From the IMG/VR virus record IMGVR_UViG_3300046000_006880: a stretch of DNA of 64,000 nucleotides, one strand, 5' to 3'. Numbering within the stretch: position 1 is the first letter of the stretch; the number at the start of each line of letters is the position of its first letter. Under the pieces are notes generated by a model, which searched no databases, had not been told where the DNA came from, and worked only from the letters and a program-made list of their open reading frames with translations. This document shows, piece by piece, positions 26,101 through 34,058 of this stretch. Position numbers and translations under genes: made by a program. The stretch is from an uncultured virus (IMG/VR IMGVR_UViG_3300046000_006880). Its lineage: Duplodnaviria; Heunggongvirae; Uroviricota; Caudoviricetes.

Positions 26101-26427
26101 TAGTTTATTAAGGTTTTCTAATCCTTGTTGATTCTTAGCAAGAAGGACTATATGGAAAAAATTAACATCAAGTGGACCTACCCTTTCGGACTTATCCCTT
26201 TTATCATGTCTATCTAATGCCAAATAGCCTTCTATGCCAAGAATTGGCTTGATGCCCTTTGCTTTTGCAATTCGGTACAGTTCCCGATGCCCAGATAAGG
26301 TTCCGTGATCTGTGATAGCCAATGCTGGCATACCAAGTTCAACTGCTCGGTCAATATATTCTTCTGGAGTAGCAACACCATCCATTAAGGAATAGTGTGT
26401 ATGGACATGCAAGCCTACATAATTCAC
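23152..26427 (-). CDS. dnaE: DNA polymerase III alpha subunit (family C)
   Basis: PHP domain HVHTHYSLMDG/TDHG; GPGRGSAAGSL; PDIDSD; HAAG; KIDALGL; YSFNKSH; C-terminal OB fold. Confidence 0.97.
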   Translation of the reverse strand: MNYVGLHVHTHYSLMDGVATPEEYIDRAVELGMPALAITDHGTLSGHRELYRIAKAKGIKPILGIEGYLALDRHDKRDKSERVGPLDVNFFHIVLLAKNQQGLENLNKLNEIAWTDGFYRKPRIDFEVLDQYGDGLIVLSACQGGLIAKAIENEEYAFAKEKVQWFKNRFKDDFYIELMPHNPKNINDELVALAKAFNVKVVVTPDCHHADTSQKEIQEMMLLLNTHGKVLKESTFDKSKKINNMMERLDYLYGEDRKMSFRTFDIHLLSYEEMKSAMAEQGHTDEEMFTSSLEIADKIEEYDIKSGLDLLPVQYKKPMQELKTFAIEGLSQRGLENNKEYLDRLDEELKIIGEKNFGPYFLVVRNMLNWAKKEGIMVGPGRGSAAGSLLCYALGITDIDPIKHGLLFFRFINPDRNDFPDIDSDIQDNRRDEVKDYLVRQYRHVASIATFMQFKDKNIVKDVSRVLNIPLADANKVNKQIDTWDEYCMSKSAQWFRDKYPEVEVYGEQLRGRIKGTGIHAAGVVTSKDPIFRYAPMETRSVAGSDDRIPVVAVDMGEAENIGLIKIDALGLKTLTVLKDCIDIIKEREGTKIDPLKIDMEDANVYTMLSDGYTKGVFQCEAAPYTNLLVKMRVKNLEELSASNALVRPGAMNTIGKDYIAIKHGRQNPDYKHQILKSFTEETYGCILYQEQVMQACVQLGGMSMSEADKVRKIIGKKKDAKEFDVFKDQFVKGASQYISPNQALDLWHDFEAHAGYSFNKSHAVAYSTLSYWTAWLKYHYPLEFMYSLLKNEKDKDARTEYLIEAKRMGISVKLPHINDSDMDFKIEGKGIRFGLSSIKFISDKIAERYIAARPFSSYKELEEFTFTKGNGVNSRALQALRVIGAATFADSERNDQEIKENLYEYLNLPEFNMTVPQHYYAYIQEAEEYEETGSFVMLGMIKSIKRGKGWSRVEFLDKTGSVGIFDDENTLIETGRTYLILVSDNRIVNAIPADSIKESKDALVKFLNYKQLPYKGEEQFVVSFKPRMTKAGKKMANLVVADAARELHSILVFPTVFSKAYMTIEEGNVYKVSLGKTKDGTVILEDVVNV

Positions 26428-26435
26428 CTAGTGTA

Positions 26436-27089
26436 TTACCAGTCCATGTTTGTGGATGTAGTACCTGGTGTATCAAAGCCTAGATAAAAGGCTTCTTGTT
26501 CAGCATAAGGAATTTTGTTGAGTGCCTTTTCTAGTGGAAATGGCTCTGTTGCTGCCCAATCAAATGGTTCCTTATCTGGACCACCTGGAATAAGTGTGTA
26601 CGATGTTTCAGTTCCCTGACCATTGCGCTTTACTTTCCAAGTAAGATTTGAAATACTGCCTGTCTCCAGTGCGTATTCACGAATAGTGTTAAATGCAGAT
26701 TGCTTGCTAACACCCATTGACCAAATAGCCACATATGGTGCTTCAATACCGTCATCTACAAGTACGTTGCAATAAAAACGAAGACGTGCTCTCCAGCCTG
26801 CCTTCATGTCCTTGCGGTGCATCTCTTCTGCCCAGTCACGACCTTCTGTGTCCATTGTATCTACAGCCTTACGCTTATAGTCTTTTGGATTTGTGTGTTC
26901 TGAAACAACAAGTGCGAGACCACGAGCCTCATTGTAATTTGCTGAATCTTCATCAAGTTCTTCAATGAAGCGAATTTTTACTGCTTGTCCGTCAGCCAAC
27001 TTAAGCCAACGAACTTTTGTTCCTGTACCTTCATACTTGGGCTTGTCTACCAATGCGTTGATATTTTTTAGTCCCTTTACAATAGCCAT
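26436..27089 (-). CDS. Single-stranded DNA-binding protein (gp32-like)
   Basis: WLKLADGQAVKIRF, KRNGQGTETSY, acidic/aromatic tail; lies between primase and polymerase. Confidence 0.7.
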   Translation of the reverse strand: MAIVKGLKNINALVDKPKYEGTGTKVRWLKLADGQAVKIRFIEELDEDSANYNEARGLALVVSEHTNPKDYKRKAVDTMDTEGRDWAEEMHRKDMKAGWRARLRFYCNVLVDDGIEAPYVAIWSMGVSKQSAFNTIREYALETGSISNLTWKVKRNGQGTETSYTLIPGGPDKEPFDWAATEPFPLEKALNKIPYAEQEAFYLGFDTPGTTSTNMDW

Positions 27090-27120
27090 ATTATTTTTCT
27101 CCTATGTGTTTTGTTATGTT

Positions 27121-28047
27121 TTATTTTAGCATAGAGATGATTGAATTGTCAAACTGGAATTCCAATTTTTTAATTGCATCATCATCCATATCGCCGATAT
27201 CTTTATATTTTTTATCTAACTGTATTACTGTAACAAGGTGACCTAGTTTTTCAACTAGTTTATCTTTCATGATAGAGCCAGCCTCATCATTATCTGCAAC
27301 CAGTACAACATTATTGAAGTACTTTGCTAATAACTTAATCTGCGAAGCAGACACATTAGCACCCAGCGTTGCAACTGCTGGGAAACCTACTTGATCTAGT
27401 CTTATAGCATCAAATGATGATTCAACTACATAGACTGTTGTTGATGTTTTAACCTTGTGCAAGTTAAACAAAATTTTACTTTTTGGTAGTCCAGGAGTAT
27501 TTTTAAAATCTTTACCCTCAACTGTTCTAGCAACAAAACCAATACACATTCCATCAGGTGTTGCCATTGGAATAATTACTGAATCTTGCTTTTCAGAAAA
27601 TCCTAGATTAAATTTTACCACAGAATCTTTTGTAATGCTGCGACCTTCAAAATATCTCATTGCTCTTGGTGACTCAAGCGCTTGATTATTTAATCTTTTA
27701 ATTAATACTTCGTCATACTGAACAAAATCAGCGGGTGCGTATAAAGCTTTATCAATTATTGATGAAAGGTTTGACTCTTGTTCTTTGCTTTTAATATATC
27801 TTGCTGCTTCAAAGTATGTTCTGTTTGACATAAACATAATTAACTCTGTTAAATTCTTAGTCACTTGACAGCCAAAACAAAAAAACAAACCAGACTCTTT
27901 GGATACTTCTCCTGCAGGTGTTCTGTTGTTATTGTGATAAGGACAGAATATAATAAAGTCAGATCCAAACTCTGCTTCAATATCAATTCCTGCCCCGTTA
28001 AGAACACGGCGGATTTGATCCTCTGTGTATATATCGTTACTTGCCAT
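27121..28047 (-). CDS. DNA primase (Zn finger plus TOPRIM)
   Basis: CPYH...CFGC zinc finger; VVESSFDA and DNDEAG TOPRIM motifs. Start taken as MASND. Confidence 0.92.
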   Translation of the reverse strand: MASNDIYTEDQIRRVLNGAGIDIEAEFGSDFIIFCPYHNNNRTPAGEVSKESGLFFCFGCQVTKNLTELIMFMSNRTYFEAARYIKSKEQESNLSSIIDKALYAPADFVQYDEVLIKRLNNQALESPRAMRYFEGRSITKDSVVKFNLGFSEKQDSVIIPMATPDGMCIGFVARTVEGKDFKNTPGLPKSKILFNLHKVKTSTTVYVVESSFDAIRLDQVGFPAVATLGANVSASQIKLLAKYFNNVVLVADNDEAGSIMKDKLVEKLGHLVTVIQLDKKYKDIGDMDDDAIKKLEFQFDNSIISMLK

Positions 28048-29260
28048 CTTCAAAATCCTTATAACGATAATAACCTTTGTCAAAGTCACACTGAACCAGA
28101 AAGTCTCCCATAAAACCATTACGGTTCTTTCTGAAAGCACATTCAATAATGTCGCTATTAGTTGCACGACCCATTGCTAAAACCCAGTCAGCATCATATG
28201 CAATCTGCCTAGACCATGCAGTCTGTGCAAGTGTTGGAACTGTAGATAGATCTTTTACATCGTCTGGTGTAGCAGATGAAATAGCAATAATAGGTACTTC
28301 TTCACCAATAGCCATTAGTTTAAGTTCTCGTGAAAGGTTTTTCATCTTTACCGTTTCATTATCAGCTTTTTGATTTGGATTCATTAGCTGGAGATAATCT
28401 ACTACAACAAAATCAGGCTTGTATTGATCTAGTTTTCCACGAATAATAGATGGTGTTACTTCACCACCTGAGTCATTTGAGATAATATGAAATGGTGGAC
28501 GACCTTCAATTTTATCTGCATGCCATTTTTTCATCATATCAAGTTCTACTTCACCGTTTGACAACTTGCGATGAGACCAAAGACCTTCACCCATAATTGT
28601 AAATGCACGATTACGTACTTCTGTTTCACTCATTTCAAGTGAGATTACAAGGGGTGTCTTACCCTGCTTCCAGGCCTGTACAGCAAAGTAGAGAGCCATC
28701 CAAGACTTTCCTATGCCTGGGTATGCTAAGAAGACTCCTAGTTGACCTGGCATAATTCCAGAAGGTAGATAATTATCAAACCCTGGCAAACCTGTTTTGA
28801 TTCCTCTATGACCTAGACGATGCTGCTCTTTAACTTGTTCAAAGTATGCAATTGCAGAATCAATATCTGTTGCATCAATATCTCTAATTGCTGCTGTATT
28901 CTTTTTTAACTGTGATGTTTTTGTAATTAATTCTTCAAGGGCTTGGCCTCCTTGCCCATTTTGTACTTCTCCTGCTGCAGATCGTAAAATATCTTTAAGG
29001 CTATCATTTAAATATTCTGATTGTAATTCTTCAAGGTGATGCTTTGTTGCACCTATACCCTGGACTGGTTGAAAGTCTCTAAACTTTTCAACTACCAAAG
29101 ATGTTGGTGGAACAGTGCCATTATTTTCTGCATACAATCTAATAAAATTCCACACGTCATTATGTGTGCGAAGCAATGTTTCTACATTTGCCTGTAGCAA
29201 AACGTGAAGTTGTTTATCTGCTAGGACTGCGGAGATTACTTTTGCTTCTGTATTATTCAC
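28037..29260 (-). CDS. dnaB: DnaB-like replicative helicase
   Basis: AYPGIGKS Walker A, SLEMS, VVVDYLQLM, IAYDAD and KNRNG motifs. Confidence 0.93.
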   Translation of the reverse strand: MNNTEAKVISAVLADKQLHVLLQANVETLLRTHNDVWNFIRLYAENNGTVPPTSLVVEKFRDFQPVQGIGATKHHLEELQSEYLNDSLKDILRSAAGEVQNGQGGQALEELITKTSQLKKNTAAIRDIDATDIDSAIAYFEQVKEQHRLGHRGIKTGLPGFDNYLPSGIMPGQLGVFLAYPGIGKSWMALYFAVQAWKQGKTPLVISLEMSETEVRNRAFTIMGEGLWSHRKLSNGEVELDMMKKWHADKIEGRPPFHIISNDSGGEVTPSIIRGKLDQYKPDFVVVDYLQLMNPNQKADNETVKMKNLSRELKLMAIGEEVPIIAISSATPDDVKDLSTVPTLAQTAWSRQIAYDADWVLAMGRATNSDIIECAFRKNRNGFMGDFLVQCDFDKGYYRYKDFEDGK

Positions 29261-29561
29261 TCAGCCACTCCTTTGCTTTTTTTCTTAGTTCTGCTCTTTG
29301 TTTAATATCTTGTTGTACTTCTAGTTTACCATTAAGAATTTTTTCTGCATTATATGCAAAGTAATTCCATGTAGGATCTTGTGCAATCTTAAAGTAATAC
29401 TCTAATAAATCATAGCATTCAGAGATACCATAGGATTCAATGAGACCATCTGCTGCCCACTGTTCAACATTTAAATTAATATTAGACTTACGCTCATACC
29501 TTTGGGTATAAAATTTGTTATAGCGACTGAGCAAAGCCATTCTGTCTTTGCGTTCAGCCAT
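29253..29561 (-). CDS. Hypothetical protein (possible helicase loader)
   Basis: Coupled directly upstream of the helicase; function inferred from position only. Confidence 0.65.
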   Translation of the reverse strand: MAERKDRMALLSRYNKFYTQRYERKSNINLNVEQWAADGLIESYGISECYDLLEYYFKIAQDPTWNYFAYNAEKILNGKLEVQQDIKQRAELRKKAKEWLSE

Positions 29562-29782
29562 TATCCTTCAGATGCCTCTTCTTGTGCTTCCTTAATCTTT
29601 TCTGTAAGCTTGTCTTCAACAAACTTATAAACACGATCAAAAGCCTGCTCTGTGGTTTCACCATCACGCTTATTGTCAATAACGCCAAGATCAAGTCTTA
29701 GTGATTGAAAATTTCCTAGATTAAGTGTATATCCTAATGTTACGTTTACTTTAGTTGAATCATTTTCCATTGTCCCACCCAT
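29561..29782 (-). CDS. Hypothetical protein
   Basis: LGYTLNLGNFQSLRLD motif; start may be ATG 29770. Confidence 0.7.
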   Translation of the reverse strand: MGGTMENDSTKVNVTLGYTLNLGNFQSLRLDLGVIDNKRDGETTEQAFDRVYKFVEDKLTEKIKEAQEEASEG

Positions 29783-29820
29783 TTTCTTTGTTTTAATAAT
29801 TGTAGCACATAACCAAACCT

Positions 29821-30363
29821 TTAGATACTTTCACTCCATGTAGGAATAAATCTACCGTCTTCTGTCTTTGTATATGTAAGTATACCGTCTCCCATGCGCC
29901 GTGTCAATTCTTGTGTTGTTGGAGTCATGTTATTAGTTATTAATTTATCTTTTCTTGGTTGCCCAATATGAATACTTGCTAGTATTGCACGTATCTCTCT
30001 TACTTGTGATTCAGAATAGTATGCTCTGACTTGCCATCCTGTTTCCCCTCCAAATTTTGATCCTGTTGGTTTTGGTATAGTTCCTGCTTTTATTAGCCTT
30101 GGCATATATTTACGATGCCTATTGACAAGTATTGCTGTTTCTGCTATGGTATATGCTCGTTCTCTGTTCCGCCTGAAATCTGTACGTAGACAAGTTTCAA
30201 GTCTATCTTTTGTAATGTTATAAAAAGAAACCATTCCAGTAGATCTTGAGCTATGGTGAATTCTAACTAAATCATTATTTAAAAACCAAACTTTTTGATT
30301 TCCTTTTATTACAGATTCGTTATTGTATTCATCGCTCTGTATTTTTCGTTTAGCAGTAGCCAT
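29821..30363 (-). CDS. MerR-like HTH DNA-binding protein
   Basis: AYTIAETAILVNR...LIKAGTIPKP...RAYYSESQV winged-HTH pattern. Confidence 0.65.
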   Translation of the reverse strand: MATAKRKIQSDEYNNESVIKGNQKVWFLNNDLVRIHHSSRSTGMVSFYNITKDRLETCLRTDFRRNRERAYTIAETAILVNRHRKYMPRLIKAGTIPKPTGSKFGGETGWQVRAYYSESQVREIRAILASIHIGQPRKDKLITNNMTPTTQELTRRMGDGILTYTKTEDGRFIPTWSESI

Positions 30364-30500
30364 CTGCCCTCCCGACTATCTTGCGGTGGATGATAAAATT
30401 TTCTTTCTCCACATCGGATACAATAAGTTTCAAGATGCATCTGAGAAGTATATTGTCTATCAAGAAACACTCTGCCTTTGCATTTATTACAGCTTATCAA
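30309..30500 (-). CDS. Small Zn-ribbon protein
   Basis: CNKCKG and YCIRCG. Confidence 0.65.
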   Translation of the reverse strand: MISCNKCKGRVFLDRQYTSQMHLETYCIRCGERKFYHPPQDSREGRWLLLNEKYRAMNTITNL

Positions 30501-30693
30501 TTTTTTTATTTTCTAAAATAATTTTTTCTTTTAAGTCATCCGAGTATTCTTTTATTGTTTTTTCTTTTAATTTATTATCGTCTAGCATTTGAGTTATTTC
30601 TGCACGAAGAATTGCAATTTGTGTTTCATAATTTGATACTAACTCACCTATACGTTGCTGTAAGGCGGTAATAATTAATTCGGCTTTTTCCAT
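30487..30693 (-). CDS. Coiled-coil hypothetical protein
   Basis: Heptad pattern; SD AGGA. Confidence 0.7.
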   Translation of the reverse strand: MEKAELIITALQQRIGELVSNYETQIAILRAEITQMLDDNKLKEKTIKEYSDDLKEKIILENKKIDKL

Positions 30694-30701
30694 TTAATTT
30701 C

Positions 30702-30914
30702 CTATGCTTGTAGTGTAGCTAATTCAGATAATAGTGCTTCTTTTTTGGAAGTCTCATTATCAATCTGTTGATTTAAATTGTCTACGTTAGCCTGATTAAT
30801 AGTCTCAACAGCTTGTTCTGCTATTAGACTAACATAAAGGTTATAGATATTTGATACAACAGATTTAATATGCTGTGTTACTATATTTGATTTTTCTTCA
30901 TTAGTTAGTTCCAT
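30702..30914 (-). CDS. Hypothetical protein
   Basis: ORF in operon context. Confidence 0.65.
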   Translation of the reverse strand: MELTNEEKSNIVTQHIKSVVSNIYNLYVSLIAEQAVETINQANVDNLNQQIDNETSKKEALLSELATLQA

Positions 30915-30926
30915 TTTATTTCCATT

Positions 30927-31199
30927 CTATATAAAGTCAGGGACATCTTGTACTGCGCCCCATTTTCCTAGTGGGCATTCAGCATGTGGAAGTTTTGCCT
31001 TTTGAGCCATAAAGCATCCACATTTTTTGCATTGTCCAGTAGACTTAAGAAATGACGGACATTTTTTGCATAGACTATATCTATCATTAAATGTTTCTTT
31101 ATCTACGTTTTCAATTTTTGGATTTAATAGGTCCCACGGCCTTGCTGCATCCCCTGCGCTTTTTTCTTTCCAAAGTTGCCAAGCAGATTTTTCTGTCAT
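30927..31199 (-). CDS. Cys-rich hypothetical protein
   Basis: CKKCP, CKKCGC and ECPLGKW motifs. Confidence 0.75.
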   Translation of the reverse strand: MTEKSAWQLWKEKSAGDAARPWDLLNPKIENVDKETFNDRYSLCKKCPSFLKSTGQCKKCGCFMAQKAKLPHAECPLGKWGAVQDVPDFI

Positions 31200-31417
31200 T
31201 ATAAGACCTCTGGTTCTGTAAATATTCCAGTTTCGGAATCATATTTAGCACCTGTAGCAACTGATAATGGATCATCAATAAATCTTTGTGAAACATCTAT
31301 AACAATTGGATTACTAGTAAAAATAGCAGCTAGTCTTTCATCTGTATGCAAAACATCTGTAACTTCGCCATCTAAAATAAATGCTAACTTTATAGGTGTT
31401 TTATCTTGTTCTGTCAT
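31199..31417 (-). CDS. Hypothetical protein (tail-fibre-associated)
   Basis: AAAGGAG SD, own promoter, follows the fibre gene. Confidence 0.7.
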   Translation of the reverse strand: MTEQDKTPIKLAFILDGEVTDVLHTDERLAAIFTSNPIVIDVSQRFIDDPLSVATGAKYDSETGIFTEPEVL

Positions 31418-31478
31418 TATTTTCTCCTTTCGCTTATCTTTTAATTATATCACAAACAACAAACACTTGACAACTAAA

Positions 31479-34049
31479 TTAATTAATTTGAAAATCATCA
31501 AATTGAGTTCCGCCACTGCCTGTTCCTGGCGGTGTTTTTATTATTCCAAAAGCGCTCTGGCCTACAAGCGAAGATTTTGTTGGGTTTGATGCGGTATAAG
31601 ATTTTGTAGTTATTGTTGAACTTCTTGCCGTATTAGAATATAATGTTGTAGATATATTATTACCTGAAGTGGATACAGAAATTCCACCAATTGTTGATGG
31701 AGATTCTTCATTTGAAAAAATATTTTCTGTATTAACTGTAGAAACACTAGAACCATCCGCTTTTAATGTATCAAGTCTTGTATTATAAACAGTTACACTA
31801 GATGAGCTATTTGAACAATTTGTTGGTAGCGATCCTCCATATTGTGTATTTGGTCCAACAGTACATCCATAAACTGAAGCATCATATTCTGTTGTAGAAG
31901 CAGAACTGTCATAGACTGTTGTATTTACGTATGCATCATATACAATAGTTGAACCTGGATAATCGTATACGGTTGTATTTGTAGAAACAGAACTGTCATA
32001 AACGGTTGTATTTACGTATGCATCATATATAATAGTTGAACTTGTAGAGTCGTATATAGTTGTATTTACAGTTGCATCATATACAAGAAATCCATTTACG
32101 AATCTTGTTTTGCAGTTATTTCCAGCACTTCCTAGACCGTTATTTGGGCAACTACTTGAAGTTCTTGTTTTGCAATTGCTTCCAGCACTTCCCGATCCAT
32201 TGTCTGGGCAGGAGCTTGTAGTTCTTGATTTACAGTTACTAAATAAGTTTCCTGATCCATTATTTGGGCAAGTACTTGAGGTTCTTGACTTACAGTTGCT
32301 TCCAGCACTTCCCGATCCATTGTCTGGGCAAGAAGTAGAACTCACAGTTCTTGACTTACAGTTGCTTCCAGCACTTCCCGATCCATTGTCTGGGCAAGTA
32401 CCTACAGTTCTTTGTTTACAATAGCTCAATAAATTTCCTGAGCTATTGTCTGGGCAAGTACTTACAGTTCTTGTTTTGCAATTGCTTCCAGCACTTCCAG
32501 AGCTGTTATCTGGGCAACTGGTAACAATTCTTGTTTTACAGTTAGTTCCTAAGCTTCCTGTATTGTTATCTGGGCAAGTAGGAATAGTTGCAGTTGTATA
32601 ATATACATATTTAGTTACAGCAGATGAAGTTTTATTAACTCTTGAAGCCCACCAAGACCCAGCATCTGTTGACCAAAATGTTAGTCCAAGGCCTTCCGAG
32701 CCAGAAGGAAAACTAGCAGAAACAACTGCATCGGTAGTTCCATCTAAAATAACTGATTGTTGCGGATATGTAGTTGGAGTTGATCCCGAAACAGTACTTG
32801 TAATAGATGCTACAGAACCGTTAACGCTCCAAAGAGAACCGTTAGAGCTAAGGCTATATATATAGGAATTTGGACTCATAGCAGAATTAATAATTGGAGT
32901 CATTGTACCTAATCCCCCAGATACCGTTCTTGTATAATTATCTATTACTTGACCAATTTTTGCATCAATTGATGAACTGTAGTAGTAGTAAAATGTTGTT
33001 CCATCAAGTGCAAGAACTTCGTCAATATAGTAAAAATAATATTTTGGGGCAGTAGCATCATTTTGATTTACATTATATGGAGAAGAACCTGCATTAGATA
33101 TAGATGAACTGGTTAATCCACTTGTTAGTGGGGTAGAAAAAATTGTTCTTCCAATGTATGAAGTTTTAGATTGAAATGTTCCAGATTGATAAGTACCAGA
33201 TGTTCCAGTTATTGCTGCAAATGCGTACCCAGTTCCACTAATAGATGGGGAAGTTAATTGAGTTGGAACAGGTGAGGCATTTGTAGTAATTGTTAAAGTA
33301 TTTGAATCATTACCTTGATAGCCTCTATATGTAGCATTTATACCAGTAATTGGAATTACTTTAAAATCATAAGATGTGCTGGATAAAAGACTAGATATTG
33401 TTGCTGTAGTTCCAGATTCTACTGAAGAAAATGAAAAAGTGGCATCTGAAGATAATTTGTAATAAACTAAATAATTAGCAGCATTTGCCGCGGCGGTAGA
33501 AGTCCAATTAATACTAACTGAGTTATATGTGTGGCTTGTTTCTACAATTGTTATATTTTCTGGCCCATATATAGTTGTATTGCCAGAAGTTGATGATGCG
33601 GAGGTGGAATAAGTTGAATTAGTAGCAGTTACAACATACCTATATATATTAGTAGCATTTGGAGATACGTCAGTTAAATTATTTTGTAATAAATATGTAT
33701 TTGTATTACTTGATCCAGAAGATGGATTAGTTGCGGATCCAGATGCTATTTGTGTCCAATTTGTTCCGCTATCTGTACTTTTATCAAATCTATATGTCAT
33801 TCCAGTTGAATTAATCCAATAATAGTTTGTTCCAGTTAATGTTTTAGCATATGTTATTCCATCAGTAGATTGTGATATTGTTACCGTATTTTGAATTGAT
33901 GGGGTTAAAGAAGAAGAAAATATTAATTTCCAAGATCCCGAAACTTTTAAATATGCAGAAGAAAGATTTTTCCAGACATCAGAATTTTTTAAATATACAG
34001 ATGCTACATTTCTCCAGTCCCCATCACTCCCCTTTAGTTTTATTGTCAT
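31479..34049 (-). CDS. Tail fibre / receptor-binding protein with FN3 domains and a Cys-repeat insertion
   Basis: N-terminal W-repeat anchor (WRNV..VYLK..WKNL..AYLKVSGSWK), FN3 motif LLSSTSYDFKVIP, Ser/Thr-rich, downstream of tail-tip genes. Confidence 0.75.
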   Translation of the reverse strand: MTIKLKGSDGDWRNVASVYLKNSDVWKNLSSAYLKVSGSWKLIFSSSLTPSIQNTVTISQSTDGITYAKTLTGTNYYWINSTGMTYRFDKSTDSGTNWTQIASGSATNPSSGSSNTNTYLLQNNLTDVSPNATNIYRYVVTATNSTYSTSASSTSGNTTIYGPENITIVETSHTYNSVSINWTSTAAANAANYLVYYKLSSDATFSFSSVESGTTATISSLLSSTSYDFKVIPITGINATYRGYQGNDSNTLTITTNASPVPTQLTSPSISGTGYAFAAITGTSGTYQSGTFQSKTSYIGRTIFSTPLTSGLTSSSISNAGSSPYNVNQNDATAPKYYFYYIDEVLALDGTTFYYYYSSSIDAKIGQVIDNYTRTVSGGLGTMTPIINSAMSPNSYIYSLSSNGSLWSVNGSVASITSTVSGSTPTTYPQQSVILDGTTDAVVSASFPSGSEGLGLTFWSTDAGSWWASRVNKTSSAVTKYVYYTTATIPTCPDNNTGSLGTNCKTRIVTSCPDNSSGSAGSNCKTRTVSTCPDNSSGNLLSYCKQRTVGTCPDNGSGSAGSNCKSRTVSSTSCPDNGSGSAGSNCKSRTSSTCPNNGSGNLFSNCKSRTTSSCPDNGSGSAGSNCKTRTSSSCPNNGLGSAGNNCKTRFVNGFLVYDATVNTTIYDSTSSTIIYDAYVNTTVYDSSVSTNTTVYDYPGSTIVYDAYVNTTVYDSSASTTEYDASVYGCTVGPNTQYGGSLPTNCSNSSSSVTVYNTRLDTLKADGSSVSTVNTENIFSNEESPSTIGGISVSTSGNNISTTLYSNTARSSTITTKSYTASNPTKSSLVGQSAFGIIKTPPGTGSGGTQFDDFQIN
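31870..32085 (-). repeat. Eight 27 bp (9 aa) xxYDxxxxT repeats
   Basis: VYDATVNT, IYDSTSST, IYDAYVNT, VYDSSVSTNT, VYDYPGST, VYDAYVNT, VYDSSAST, EYDASVYG. Confidence 0.9.
32104..32580 (-). repeat. Eight 60 bp (20 aa) CPxNxxGxxxxxCKxR repeats
   Basis: Near-identical DNA units such as gcttccagcacttcccgatccattgtctgggca recur on the plus strand. Confidence 0.95.
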
Positions 34050-34058
34050 ATTATTACC

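Noticed and set aside
32104..32580. Regularly spaced DNA repeats resembling a CRISPR array
   Set aside because: Units are in-frame 60 bp coding repeats with synonymous variation and no unique spacers; no cas operon.
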